Below, one piece after another: positions 11,430 through 20,327 of a stretch of 64,000 nucleotides of DNA. Within the stretch, counting starts at the first letter, position 1; every line of letters begins with the position of its first letter. The notes beneath the pieces were generated by a model. It was not told the DNA's origin. It was given only the letters and a program-made list of their open reading frames with translations, and made no database searches. Position numbers and translations under genes: made by a program. The DNA lies in IMG/VR virus record IMGVR_UViG_3300030109_001309, positions 5,276 through 69,275 of that record. One strand, written 5' to 3'. This DNA is from a virus.

Positions 11430-11815
11430 TGTTACCGTTACTAGGCCCACTTGTTTCAGGTTTGTTTGATGTAGGCAAATCATTCCTTAAAAATAAAGCT
11501 GAAGAAAAGCAAGCCATACATGACCGTAAGATAACTCAGATTAAACAGGAAGGTAACTGGGATGAGATACAAGCTCAGAACAGTAATAATTCCTGGAAGG
11601 ATGAGTACCTTACGATCATATTGACTTTACCTTTCGTGGCTATGTTCTTAGCTGTTATTTTTGAAGCAGATGAAATGGTGATACGATTTAAACAGGCGTT
11701 TATGGTGCTTGATGAAGACGTACCAGATGAGTACTGGTATCTACTTAGTGTCGTTGTCGCTGCTTCCTTTGGCGTCAAAAAGATCATCGACGTTATTAAA
11801 GCGAAGCGAGGTTAA
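11429..11815 (+). CDS. Putative holin (3TM/GTA-holin-like)
   Basis: SWKDE motif, hydrophobic segments, basic C-terminus; next to the endolysin. Confidence 0.65.
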   Translation: MLPLLGPLVSGLFDVGKSFLKNKAEEKQAIHDRKITQIKQEGNWDEIQAQNSNNSWKDEYLTIILTLPFVAMFLAVIFEADEMVIRFKQAFMVLDEDVPDEYWYLLSVVVAASFGVKKIIDVIKAKRG

Positions 11816-12022
11816 GTTTAATTTAAGACGTTCAAGATACACGGCTGCATCAAGTAGTTCTTCTATAGCGTGATCAATCCAACCTACAGTAGTAACATCA
11901 TCACGCATCATAGTACAGCCGTACTTCTCCATACCTTCTGCTGACCTATCACTCATACGTTGTATGACTGTAGCTACAACCGGATCAGGCTCTATCATGT
12001 CTGTCATTTCTTTAGCTTCCAT
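11741..12022 (-). CDS. Small helical nucleotide pyrophosphatase-like protein
   Basis: GMEKYG...WIDHAIEELLDAAVY; homologue at 54120..54332. Confidence 0.5.
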   Translation of the reverse strand: MEAKEMTDMIEPDPVVATVIQRMSDRSAEGMEKYGCTMMRDDVTTVGWIDHAIEELLDAAVYLERLKLNLTSLRFNNVDDLFDAKGSSDNDTK

Positions 12023-12219
12023 AAAATGTACTTGTCATCAATTGCTAGTGACTTAGCTTTAGGATCAATCTCTTGTTGTCCTACATAGTGCCAAGTAGCT
12101 CCATTGTCTATATCCTTTTCAACTTGTTGAAAGTAATCTTGATTAGTAGCAAAGAAAAGTATTGGGAAGATTAGAGCAAGGGCAATCATATTAATTCCTT
12201 TCTGTTTAATCGTGTACAA
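12004..12219 (-). CDS. Small membrane-anchored hypothetical protein
   Basis: Hydrophobic N-terminus and TWHYVG motif; homologue at 54344..54538. Confidence 0.65.
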   Translation of the reverse strand: MYTIKQKGINMIALALIFPILFFATNQDYFQQVEKDIDNGATWHYVGQQEIDPKAKSLAIDDKYILWKLKK

Positions 12220-12871
12220 ATAAAGCTTTCCAACTTACAGGAAATACCTTTTCCATTTCATTAGAAATAAGTTCAGCAATGTCTCCTGTTTCTTTTTGTG
12301 AATGAGGTTCAAGACGTAGCTTACATACCCTAGCCCATGCAGCTAGGCTACCTGTCCAGTACCACTCTGTATACATAGCTTGTGGTAACACCATACGGGC
12401 TTGTTCAGGGCAGATACCATCAGCTATCATATTTGAGTAGCATTGCAAAGCGTATGCGTACAACGGTGCAGCAGAGTATTTAACTGTCTCTTCACTGCTA
12501 CCCTGTTTTATATTTTTAGCACGTTTTCTCCACTCAGTAGGCCGGTAGAATCGAGGGTCACTATCAACATACCTACGGCTAACTTCATTCCATACCATAC
12601 CTACCTGATGTTTACCTAACTGACGGGCTACAAAGATAGGTGCTTTGATACGGAAGGTAGCTTGGCAATGACCAAAGGGTGTCCAGTGTTTATGTCTAGC
12701 AAGGTAGTTAATAAGCTTAACATCTTTCTCTGATAAAACATCTACGATAGCAGCTTCATAAGGATCGTTATCACTTACTTTTTCCCATGTGCTTACCTTG
12801 TCAAAGGACACACGGGCAGCATTAACGACACGTAGATCACTACCCATGTGGTCTATATAATTAACCTTCAT
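12206..12871 (-). CDS. thyX: Flavin-dependent thymidylate synthase
   Basis: VNAARVSF, HWTPF, FVARQLGKHQ...NEVSRRY, EQARMVLP motifs. Confidence 0.93.
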   Translation of the reverse strand: MKVNYIDHMGSDLRVVNAARVSFDKVSTWEKVSDNDPYEAAIVDVLSEKDVKLINYLARHKHWTPFGHCQATFRIKAPIFVARQLGKHQVGMVWNEVSRRYVDSDPRFYRPTEWRKRAKNIKQGSSEETVKYSAAPLYAYALQCYSNMIADGICPEQARMVLPQAMYTEWYWTGSLAAWARVCKLRLEPHSQKETGDIAELISNEMEKVFPVSWKALFVHD

Positions 12872-12962
12872 TTACTCTGCCTTTCCCAGACAAATATTGA
12901 GGAGTGTAAGGAGTGTTTTTAAATACCCAATTATACAATCTCTCTAAAAAGTTTATTCGCAT
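12861..12962 (-). CDS. Small ORF, 33 aa (MRINFLERLYNWVFKNTPYTPQYLSGKGRVNEG)
   Basis: Manual translation; fills the nrdJ-thyX gap and overlaps both neighbours. Confidence 0.45.
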   Translation of the reverse strand: MRINFLERLYNWVFKNTPYTPQYLSGKGRVNEG

Positions 12963-14650
12963 GTCTTAGCTCCTGTAGATGGATCGATGAAACAAGCAGC
13001 ACCTTCAATCTCATCAGGCTCAATTTTATTTAAGATGCCATACCGCTTACCGTCTAGTCTAAAGGTAGTTACTCCTTTCAGTCTACCCTTCCAAGCTTTT
13101 AAGTAGATGTCTTTAAACTCATCAAAAGACACTTGGCTACCCACGTTAATAGTCTTAGATACGGCGCTATCAATAAAAGGTTGTACAGCAATTTGCATAT
13201 CAAGATGATCGTCAACAGTGAGTTCTTCTGTGGTTTCACCTTTAACTCCATACTTGTCATACGCATAGTCACGTAGACGTACAACCTGTGGGCCAGCTTC
13301 TGTCTGTACTGTACGATCAAGTTCATGTTGAAACACCGGCTCTATACCACTACTTACATTGTCTGCTGTAAAACTAATTGTACCAGTAGGTGCAATGGAA
13401 GTCAAGTGGCTGTTACGTATTCCTTGCTGTTTAATTTTAGCTTTAAGATCATCAGGTAATCGTGCTACATAATCACCAGCAAGGTACTTATCTGCATTGA
13501 ATAGTTTAAAGGAACCCTTTTCCAAAGCTAGATCAGAACTAGCAGAGAAGGCTTCACACATAATTGTCTTTAAAACTTTACGTGTAAACCGTTTACCTAC
13601 TACAGAACCATAAGGATACCCACACATGGTTAAGCAGTTGGCTAGACCAGTAACACCTAGTCCCATACGCCGCTTAGTCTTAGCCTCAATCTCTTGTTCT
13701 TCTAAGGGGTACGATGTACGGTCAATAACATTATCCATAGCTCGAACTACGTGAGGTATATCATCTTTTAGTTGAGCAAAGTTAAACTTGTGTGTCTCTG
13801 TATTGACATACTTAACTAGATTAAATGAACCTAGCAAGCAAGCACCAAAGGGTGGTAGTGGTTGCTCACCACATGGGTTAGTAGCCTCTACCGTTTCACA
13901 GTAGTACAATGGGTTCTCGTTGTTGATACGGTCTAGGAAGAGTATGCCAGGCTCTGCCCAATCCCAATTGTTACGCATAATCTCATCCCATAAAGCACGG
14001 GCATTGATAGTACGGTAGGGTTGTCCTTCCCATGTAAGGTCAAATGATTTACTATCTCGTACACATTCCATAAACTCATCAGTTACACCAACTGATATAT
14101 TAAAGTTAGTAAGCTGGTTCTCATTACGTTTTGCTCTGATAAACTCTTCAATGTCAGGATGATCTACCCTGAGTACAGCCATCATTGCACCGCGTCTATG
14201 CCCCGCTGATACAATTGTTTCACAGACTGAATCAAAGATGCCCATAAACGAGACAGGTCCACTAGCACTAGAGTCAAGGGATACAATACGGTTCCCACGA
14301 GGACGGATACGGCTAAAGTCAAAGCCGATACCACCACCTCTACGCATAGTCTCAGCGGCTTCAGTGGCCCTTGCCATAATGCTTTGCATCGAGTCATCAA
14401 TCGTTCCTGATACGAAACAGTTGTACGCTGTGACTTCACGTGGGCTTCCCATTGCCGCTTGAACTCTACCGGCTGGCATAAATCTTTGATGTAGTAAGAT
14501 GTCTTTATACCTGAGTCGATGTCCTTCATCGTCAGACATTGCCGCCGTCTGTCTCGCACAAGCCTCACTGAACTCTTCATTTGCTAACCTATACTTCTGT
14601 GCATGTAGTGTATCACATGCTGGGTTTTGGGGTCCGTGTTGATTATCCAT
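12953..14650 (-). CDS. nrdJ: Class II (adenosylcobalamin-dependent) ribonucleotide reductase
   Basis: NCFV, RRGAMM, TNPCGEQPL, IAPTGTIS, C-terminal Cys pair; no beta-subunit gene in the window. Confidence 0.88.
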   Translation of the reverse strand: MDNQHGPQNPACDTLHAQKYRLANEEFSEACARQTAAMSDDEGHRLRYKDILLHQRFMPAGRVQAAMGSPREVTAYNCFVSGTIDDSMQSIMARATEAAETMRRGGGIGFDFSRIRPRGNRIVSLDSSASGPVSFMGIFDSVCETIVSAGHRRGAMMAVLRVDHPDIEEFIRAKRNENQLTNFNISVGVTDEFMECVRDSKSFDLTWEGQPYRTINARALWDEIMRNNWDWAEPGILFLDRINNENPLYYCETVEATNPCGEQPLPPFGACLLGSFNLVKYVNTETHKFNFAQLKDDIPHVVRAMDNVIDRTSYPLEEQEIEAKTKRRMGLGVTGLANCLTMCGYPYGSVVGKRFTRKVLKTIMCEAFSASSDLALEKGSFKLFNADKYLAGDYVARLPDDLKAKIKQQGIRNSHLTSIAPTGTISFTADNVSSGIEPVFQHELDRTVQTEAGPQVVRLRDYAYDKYGVKGETTEELTVDDHLDMQIAVQPFIDSAVSKTINVGSQVSFDEFKDIYLKAWKGRLKGVTTFRLDGKRYGILNKIEPDEIEGAACFIDPSTGAKTCE

Positions 14651-15077
14651 AAATTAAATCTCCAAGGTCAGGCTCTTGATAATTTGGGCCTTTAATAATT
14701 TTACCATCCGCACGGTATAACGGCTTACCATCATCACCAAACTTCGACATGTTAGAATTATGTACCCTATTAAAAGCGGTCCTAAGACCACCAGAAAGGG
14801 GATAGAGACTAACGACAGTCCCTGATAAAACATACTGTAAATCAGCGAGTTCTTTTAGTAAGTGCGCCCACTGCTCCTTTGTACCTGGGTTTCCTCTCAT
14901 TAATTCAAGTTCTAAAACTTCTAGAGCATCAATTACCTCAGACGTTTCTTCAGAAATTAAACTTTTACGTAGTTGAAGTAATGAAACACGAGGCTGGCTA
15001 CTAATATCTAGACCCATAGCATGGTGAAATCTAGAAACCAATTGCTCTCTAGTGGTAGGTTTTATCGACATCTTCAC
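14643..15077 (-). CDS. MazG-like / PRA-PH-like nucleotide pyrophosphohydrolase
   Basis: LISEE..E, KELADLQYV, VHNSNMSK, DGKIIKGPNY motifs. Confidence 0.8.
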   Translation of the reverse strand: MKMSIKPTTREQLVSRFHHAMGLDISSQPRVSLLQLRKSLISEETSEVIDALEVLELELMRGNPGTKEQWAHLLKELADLQYVLSGTVVSLYPLSGGLRTAFNRVHNSNMSKFGDDGKPLYRADGKIIKGPNYQEPDLGDLIYG

Positions 15078-15264
15078 CTAATCCTTTCCGTATTGATTCA
15101 AGTGTAACATTAGCTGATCTAATTAGTATCTCACGTAGTTCATCTCGTTGAATTTTATCAGCTTCTTTCATTAGACGTATAACAAGGTCGAGTCTATTAA
15201 CCATTATGTCTGGATTAAAAAACATAACGTCCTCTTCTTCATCGTCATCCTTGTTGAATAGCAT
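15049..15264 (-). CDS. Acidic hypothetical protein
   Basis: FNPDIMVNRLDLVIRL shared with 56623..56901. Confidence 0.65.
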   Translation of the reverse strand: MLFNKDDDEEEDVMFFNPDIMVNRLDLVIRLMKEADKIQRDELREILIRSANVTLESIRKGLGEDVDKTYH

Positions 15265-15379
15265 ATTGCTTTTCCTTTTTACGATTGTATTTCTTTTTAG
15301 ATTTTACAATACGCATACGATACTTAGGAGTACGTAGATCACGAGCCACTCCATTGCGTGTACTCCTCTTCTGTTTCAT
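15245..15379 (-). CDS. Small basic ArfA-like protein, 44 aa (genome A)
   Basis: Manual translation MKQKRSTRNGVARDLRTPKYRMRIVKSKKKYNRKKEKQYAIQQG; syntenic homologue at 56828..57007. Confidence 0.65.
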   Translation of the reverse strand: MKQKRSTRNGVARDLRTPKYRMRIVKSKKKYNRKKEKQYAIQQG

Positions 15380-15587
15380 TGTAGGAATCCTCTAGGTTTA
15401 TACCTAGATCAGATAAAATTTCATCGAATTTGTATAGACTATTATACACCTCTTCAAAGTAATTGTCAAGAATATCTTCTGCTGATATTTCTAATCTCTC
15501 GATAATCTCTGCACCTGTATATCTGTCAGCGATGAGCAACTTTAGCTCGTTTGGTTCGACCCTTAGTCCGTCTACCATGTGTGCCAT
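15339..15587 (-). CDS. Acidic hypothetical protein
   Basis: DRYTGAEIIERLEISAEDI shared with 56946..57191. Confidence 0.65.
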   Translation of the reverse strand: MAHMVDGLRVEPNELKLLIADRYTGAEIIERLEISAEDILDNYFEEVYNSLYKFDEILSDLGINLEDSYNETEEEYTQWSGS

Positions 15588-16329
15588 ACTCCTTTCTTAA
15601 TGCATTAATAGAGACAAACTGAGGGTCATACGTACCGTCCTCAACATTTCTCTTAATGATAACCCCTGACCACCAGAGGTCTTCTGATTGTGGGTTGTTC
15701 CACCCACTGGCATAGTCTAGGTAGCACCCCCCAACCATGCTCATAATTCTTTTACCAGCAGCGTTAGTATCACTAGCAAAGTCTAACGTGTGAGTATGCC
15801 CGGCAGTACAGGACATGTGTTGTTTATTAAGAAGAGACTTAGCAGGATTTTCTCCACCAATAGGCCGGCCCATAACACCACTTGTAAAGTAGTGGCTGTA
15901 AGCTATGTTGTCTACAATAGCAGGAGATAGAAACTTATGTACCTCCCAACCATACTCTTTAAATTGTAAGTCTTGCATACCAATGGTGCCGTCTAAGATA
16001 GCGTCAGAACTAATAGCTCTATTGATACGTTCTTCATGGTTACCTAGGGTAAGTACGTATCGTGCTAGTTTCTTCTTAGCCTTTTTAATAGGTGTAAACA
16101 TACGTTCTTGTGCATCAATAGTTACGTTAACATCTTGTTTGTATCGACGCCCTTCAAAACCTTTAGTACCTTTATCGTATGTACACAGGCTAGGCATATC
16201 AGCCATGTCACCTAGATTAACAACAACATCAGGGCGTAGGTCAACAATCAACTTACCAAGCCACTCAAACCTATCGTTGTTGTTTTCTGGGTGAGCATGT
16301 TGATCTGGTATAACTAAATGGATAGCCAT
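15526..16329 (-). CDS. Calcineurin-like metallophosphoesterase
   Basis: DQH, GDMAD, GNHE, GHTH motifs. Confidence 0.85.
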   Translation of the reverse strand: MAIHLVIPDQHAHPENNNDRFEWLGKLIVDLRPDVVVNLGDMADMPSLCTYDKGTKGFEGRRYKQDVNVTIDAQERMFTPIKKAKKKLARYVLTLGNHEERINRAISSDAILDGTIGMQDLQFKEYGWEVHKFLSPAIVDNIAYSHYFTSGVMGRPIGGENPAKSLLNKQHMSCTAGHTHTLDFASDTNAAGKRIMSMVGGCYLDYASGWNNPQSEDLWWSGVIIKRNVEDGTYDPQFVSINALRKEYGTHGRRTKGRTKRAKVAHR

Positions 16330-16703
16330 TCTATAGGTATCTCCTTATCTGCAAACAGAAACCCATGACGTATACACCAATCTGCGTATGTAGATTTACT
16401 ACCCTTGTAAAGTTTACTACGAGAGTTACTAAATACGAATCGTATGTCAAGGTCAGGATGCTGTTCTTTAACTAACAAATGTTTCTTACGATCTGCGCTA
16501 CTAAATATTCCTTTTGCTTCTACAATAATTTTGTTAGGCAGTATAAAGTCAGGGGTATATTTGTGGGGTGTTGAAGGTTTAACGTAACTAATTTTAAGAG
16601 TCTCATATTTAAATTTAATACCTAACTTTTTTAACGCATCTCCAATACGTTTCTCTAACCCACTACGGTATTTACCCCAAGACTTTAGACGTTTGTATTG
16701 CAT
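16314..16703 (-). CDS. Endonuclease I (T7 gp3-like Holliday junction resolvase)
   Basis: YRSGLE, YTPDF, EAKG, DRKKH, LDIRFVF motifs. Confidence 0.92.
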   Translation of the reverse strand: MQYKRLKSWGKYRSGLEKRIGDALKKLGIKFKYETLKISYVKPSTPHKYTPDFILPNKIIVEAKGIFSSADRKKHLLVKEQHPDLDIRFVFSNSRSKLYKGSKSTYADWCIRHGFLFADKEIPIEWLSI

Positions 16704-17545
16704 TAGTTAACTACCTCATGTACATCAGGTTCTCTTTCTACATGTGTTAACCAGCGTGGCCCATTGGAATACAAGAACAAACGTAGTCCATCCCCATTGT
16801 TTGCATCAGACCAACAAACTTCTTTAAATGCACAGTAAGAACAGTTAGTATCTAGTTTCATGTTGCCGCTCTTACCATCTGCTTTAGCTTTAAAGCACCG
16901 TTTAGGTGGAGTCTTAGATTTAACTACTTCTTTTAAATGTTTAATACGTTTAGGTACATTGATCATATCTATCTCATCTACTTTTAGATACGCGATCTTA
17001 CCCATCTGCTTATCCATTGCGAGAAACCCACCCTCCACATCTCCTGCCGCATGAGCGTAGGCACTGATCTGAGCCAGGTAACCGAACGGGTCATTGTCTG
17101 CCAGAGTACCGTCTTCAAACTTCTTAAACGCATATGAAGATGCACTTTTAATGTCAACCGTAACACCGTCAATCTTACAGTCAGTATGACCCACAATACC
17201 ATCAATTTGTACTTCAGATTGCTCATGTGTAACCTCGTGTCCTGCTTCCTTTACTAAAAAAATTAATAGAGCTTCGATAAGATCACCAAATAAAAATTTG
17301 ATACGAGTATCAGGACGTAGTTCTTCTTTAGATGAGCCGTTAATTTCATGCCAGACTTGGCACTCAGGTTTACCAATGTTAGACATGCGTAATGTATTAC
17401 GTTCAACCCTATTCTTTTTAGAGAATTGTCTGGTAACAGAATACGAAACACTTTTAAGTAAGTCTTCCATAGCCTCGCATGTTGGTTCAAAACCTGTATC
17501 AACTGCCGCATAGATATCTTCAACAAGTGTTTCTATATTCTTCAT
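16703..17545 (-). CDS. PD-(D/E)xK / Cas4-like exonuclease
   Basis: GHTD...DIKS, QISAY, C-terminal CSYC...C cluster. Confidence 0.8.
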   Translation of the reverse strand: MKNIETLVEDIYAAVDTGFEPTCEAMEDLLKSVSYSVTRQFSKKNRVERNTLRMSNIGKPECQVWHEINGSSKEELRPDTRIKFLFGDLIEALLIFLVKEAGHEVTHEQSEVQIDGIVGHTDCKIDGVTVDIKSASSYAFKKFEDGTLADNDPFGYLAQISAYAHAAGDVEGGFLAMDKQMGKIAYLKVDEIDMINVPKRIKHLKEVVKSKTPPKRCFKAKADGKSGNMKLDTNCSYCAFKEVCWSDANNGDGLRLFLYSNGPRWLTHVEREPDVHEVVN

Positions 17546-17574
17546 AAGAACAAACCTTTCTATAAGATAAGTAG

Positions 17575-17656
17575 TCTAGCCTACCACCTCTACACTAGAA
17601 CCCAAGGACATTTACACTGTAATAATTATGAAAGGAATCTCGCAACCTTGGCCCAA
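17575..17656 (-). ncRNA. Conserved structured intergenic motif (genome A copy)
   Basis: CCAAGG/CCTTGG stem plus TCTAG/CTAGA hairpin; conserved with covariation at 59150..59219. Confidence 0.6.
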
Positions 17657-17666
17657 TACAATCTAC

Positions 17667-18146
17667 TTACTCGTCTTCAAAGTCAGAATCAAGGATGTCT
17701 TCTAACTCATCAGTGTCCTCCTCTCCCCAATCATCCTCATCGTCATCAGTTACATACTTTGCTAAGTTGGTAACCAAAACTTTATTAACACCAACACCTA
17801 CCCCTGCTTTACCTCGAAAGCTCCACTCGTAGGCAACCAGTTTAACTTTAGCTTTAGTACCATTACCAATCTCACCGGGGTCTACCTCTTCTACCCCACT
17901 TTTAAAAGATACCTTGATAGGAAACTTAGACTTACCTGTAACAAACTCTTTACGATCAGGATAGTCTTCGTTCTTACGAGGGTCAGTCTTAATACTAACA
18001 CCAAGAGATTCTAAAGTTTGAACAGCAGCATTATTCAATTCACCTAGATCAACCTGGTATTTGCCAGACATCTCATTAACTGTTGCAAGATTAGGCCAGT
18101 ACAAAGTAGCTTCAATAATAGCAGACTGTGGTTGTTGCTTACCCAT
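17667..18146 (-). CDS. Single-stranded DNA-binding protein (gp2.5-like)
   Basis: OB-fold size, very acidic C-terminal tail, directly downstream of the DNA polymerase. Confidence 0.7.
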   Translation of the reverse strand: MGKQQPQSAIIEATLYWPNLATVNEMSGKYQVDLGELNNAAVQTLESLGVSIKTDPRKNEDYPDRKEFVTGKSKFPIKVSFKSGVEEVDPGEIGNGTKAKVKLVAYEWSFRGKAGVGVGVNKVLVTNLAKYVTDDDEDDWGEEDTDELEDILDSDFEDE

Positions 18147-18193
18147 TGTTTTCTATCTCCTTTACAAATGGGGTTATCTCTAACTGTACTAAT

Positions 18194-18222
18194 AGTATAA
18201 GGGATTAAAATTATGTTGTCAA
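18194..18222 (-). promoter_or_regulatory. Sigma70-type promoter for ssb
   Basis: TTGACA-17 bp-TATACT on minus strand; identical boxes at 59717..59745. Confidence 0.8.
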
Positions 18223-18227
18223 GTATG

Positions 18228-20084
18228 TTAATGAGTACCTGACCAATTATCTCCAGTACGGTACTCTGCATCCAGCGGCGTGTTTAATTTAAAGTGTTCA
18301 CCGGCTTGGATAATGGACTGCTTAACAAGCTTACCTACTTCATCAGCGTGATCCTTTCGTACTTCTATTTGAAACTCATCGTGTACAACTGCTACTTGTC
18401 TAGCATCAAGGTTCTTTTCTAAGACCCAATGATGCCAGAGTATCATAGCGTACTTCATAATAACTGCTTCACCACCTTGAAGATAACAGCTTAAAGCAAA
18501 GTGTTCTGACTTGATAGGTATGCGCCTACCGTCCAGACCAATCATGTATCCAAGTTTAGCTGCCCTTGCTGCTCGTTGTTTAAGTGCGGATAAAGCTGGT
18601 AAAGAATCGAGGAAAGTCTCTTTAACTCTACGTCCATCTGTCGCGCTTCCTCCTGTAATAAGGCCAACCTTCTCGTCACCAGCACCAAGTAACCATGCAT
18701 AGATGAAAGTCTTTGCGATGTCTCGATTGCTCCACTGTCCTTTGTCTTCATTCCATTCTCCTTTTGATATACCCATAGCCTCTAGATTTTTAGTATGTAT
18801 GTCACCGTTAACAACTTCATGGATGTATTCAGGATCATTCATGTAGTGAGAAAGAATACGCAACTGAATCCCACTAGCATCACAACCAAGCAAAGTATAA
18901 ACGTTAGGATTAGCCACAGTAAAACAAGACCGGCAGACTTCTCCGTAGGGTGAGCCACTAGAGGGTATATTTGCCATGTTAGGACTGTTATGAGACATCC
19001 TATGGGTAACAGCACCGATAGAGAAACAGCTACCATGTACCCTGCCATCATCTCTGAGAGCATCTAACCATCCTTCCACTTCTTTAGCACGAGACACTAA
19101 CATAGCGTATGTACCTAAGTGTTTAAGTTCTTGAGGTGCATTGCTATGTATTGTCTCTAGGTTTTCTTCACATAATTTCCAGGAATCTTTTTGCTTCTGC
19201 TCAAATTCTTCTGGTGTTATTACACCCTCACGTTTCCTATCTAAAAGTTTACCGTATACTTTTGTACGTATGGTAGGACTCCAGTAAGGAGCAAGCCGCT
19301 TCACCTTCTGTTTCGGAGACTTAAGATTAAACTCTTCCCAATTAACTAACGATACAGGACCACCTACAATTTCGTAATCAGAACCAAAGTGTCGTAGCCC
19401 TACAGTAGACAGTGTACCATCTTGTTTGTATTTAGGTGTCACTGTCCGTATCAGTTTGGGTAGAGGTGGAGCTACTTTTAGTATCAGTCTCTCCAGTTTG
19501 CTTGCCTTGCTTGTAAGATGGGCGAGGAGTTTGTGTGCCTTTTCTACGTCTAGAGCGAACCCTAACTCGCTTTGGTTTTCTAGTAGATGTTGGCTCACAT
19601 GCTCGATCTTCATTGCTTCTTGAGCGTCTGACCCCCCGCCCTCTAACTTTAGTGCAACTGCTACCTTGTATGTTAACTCTACGTCATTGATACAATACTG
19701 TAACATGTCCTCACTGTACTCACTGAAGTCTTTATAAGGTAACTTAGGAAACCGTAACGCTTCACCCCAAGCTTTCAATGAGTGTCCACCGATACGTGAG
19801 TATTGTTGCAGCCTAGATACAAGTAAGGTATCAGTCACACAAGCTGGGCGTATACGTATACCAAGGAGCTTACGTAGTACACGCATATCATAACCAATAA
19901 AGTTATGCCCTATCCAATGACCTACTGTATCAGTAAACGCTATGAAGTCTTGGATAGTATCAGGAGTCCAGCTTAGTATCTCACCAGTATCCCAATCCTT
20001 ACACACAATACAGTGTATAACAGATACGTCAGGTAACAGTCCATCTGTCTCAACATCACAGATAACTGTACGTTTAGGCATCAT
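18228..20084 (-). CDS. Family A DNA polymerase with 3'-5' exonuclease (genome A)
   Basis: DVETD exonuclease motif, DASGIQLR (motif A), KTFIY (motif B), VHDE (motif C); start set at MMPKRTV by homology with 59751..61604. Confidence 0.95.
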   Translation of the reverse strand: MMPKRTVICDVETDGLLPDVSVIHCIVCKDWDTGEILSWTPDTIQDFIAFTDTVGHWIGHNFIGYDMRVLRKLLGIRIRPACVTDTLLVSRLQQYSRIGGHSLKAWGEALRFPKLPYKDFSEYSEDMLQYCINDVELTYKVAVALKLEGGGSDAQEAMKIEHVSQHLLENQSELGFALDVEKAHKLLAHLTSKASKLERLILKVAPPLPKLIRTVTPKYKQDGTLSTVGLRHFGSDYEIVGGPVSLVNWEEFNLKSPKQKVKRLAPYWSPTIRTKVYGKLLDRKREGVITPEEFEQKQKDSWKLCEENLETIHSNAPQELKHLGTYAMLVSRAKEVEGWLDALRDDGRVHGSCFSIGAVTHRMSHNSPNMANIPSSGSPYGEVCRSCFTVANPNVYTLLGCDASGIQLRILSHYMNDPEYIHEVVNGDIHTKNLEAMGISKGEWNEDKGQWSNRDIAKTFIYAWLLGAGDEKVGLITGGSATDGRRVKETFLDSLPALSALKQRAARAAKLGYMIGLDGRRIPIKSEHFALSCYLQGGEAVIMKYAMILWHHWVLEKNLDARQVAVVHDEFQIEVRKDHADEVGKLVKQSIIQAGEHFKLNTPLDAEYRTGDNWSGTH

Positions 20085-20322
20085 TACTCTCCATCTTATT
20101 AATGTATGCGTAAACATCACCGTGTTTAACTTGACCATACACTCTAAACTTACCTGTTGAGGGCCAGTATTCTACTTTAATGCCTTTAATTTCTCGATAC
20201 CAATGATGGGATGTATACTTATCCCATCCTGTATCATCAGCTTCTTTAAGGCGAGTTCGTCTACGCCTCTGTTTACTTTTACGTAGTGCTTGGTAAACTT
20301 CAGCGAGGTCACTCATTATCAA
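20074..20322 (-). CDS. Hypothetical protein
   Basis: ORF in operon context; YWPSTGK motif. Confidence 0.55.
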   Translation of the reverse strand: MIMSDLAEVYQALRKSKQRRRRTRLKEADDTGWDKYTSHHWYREIKGIKVEYWPSTGKFRVYGQVKHGDVYAYINKMESNDA

Positions 20323-20327
20323 TCTCC

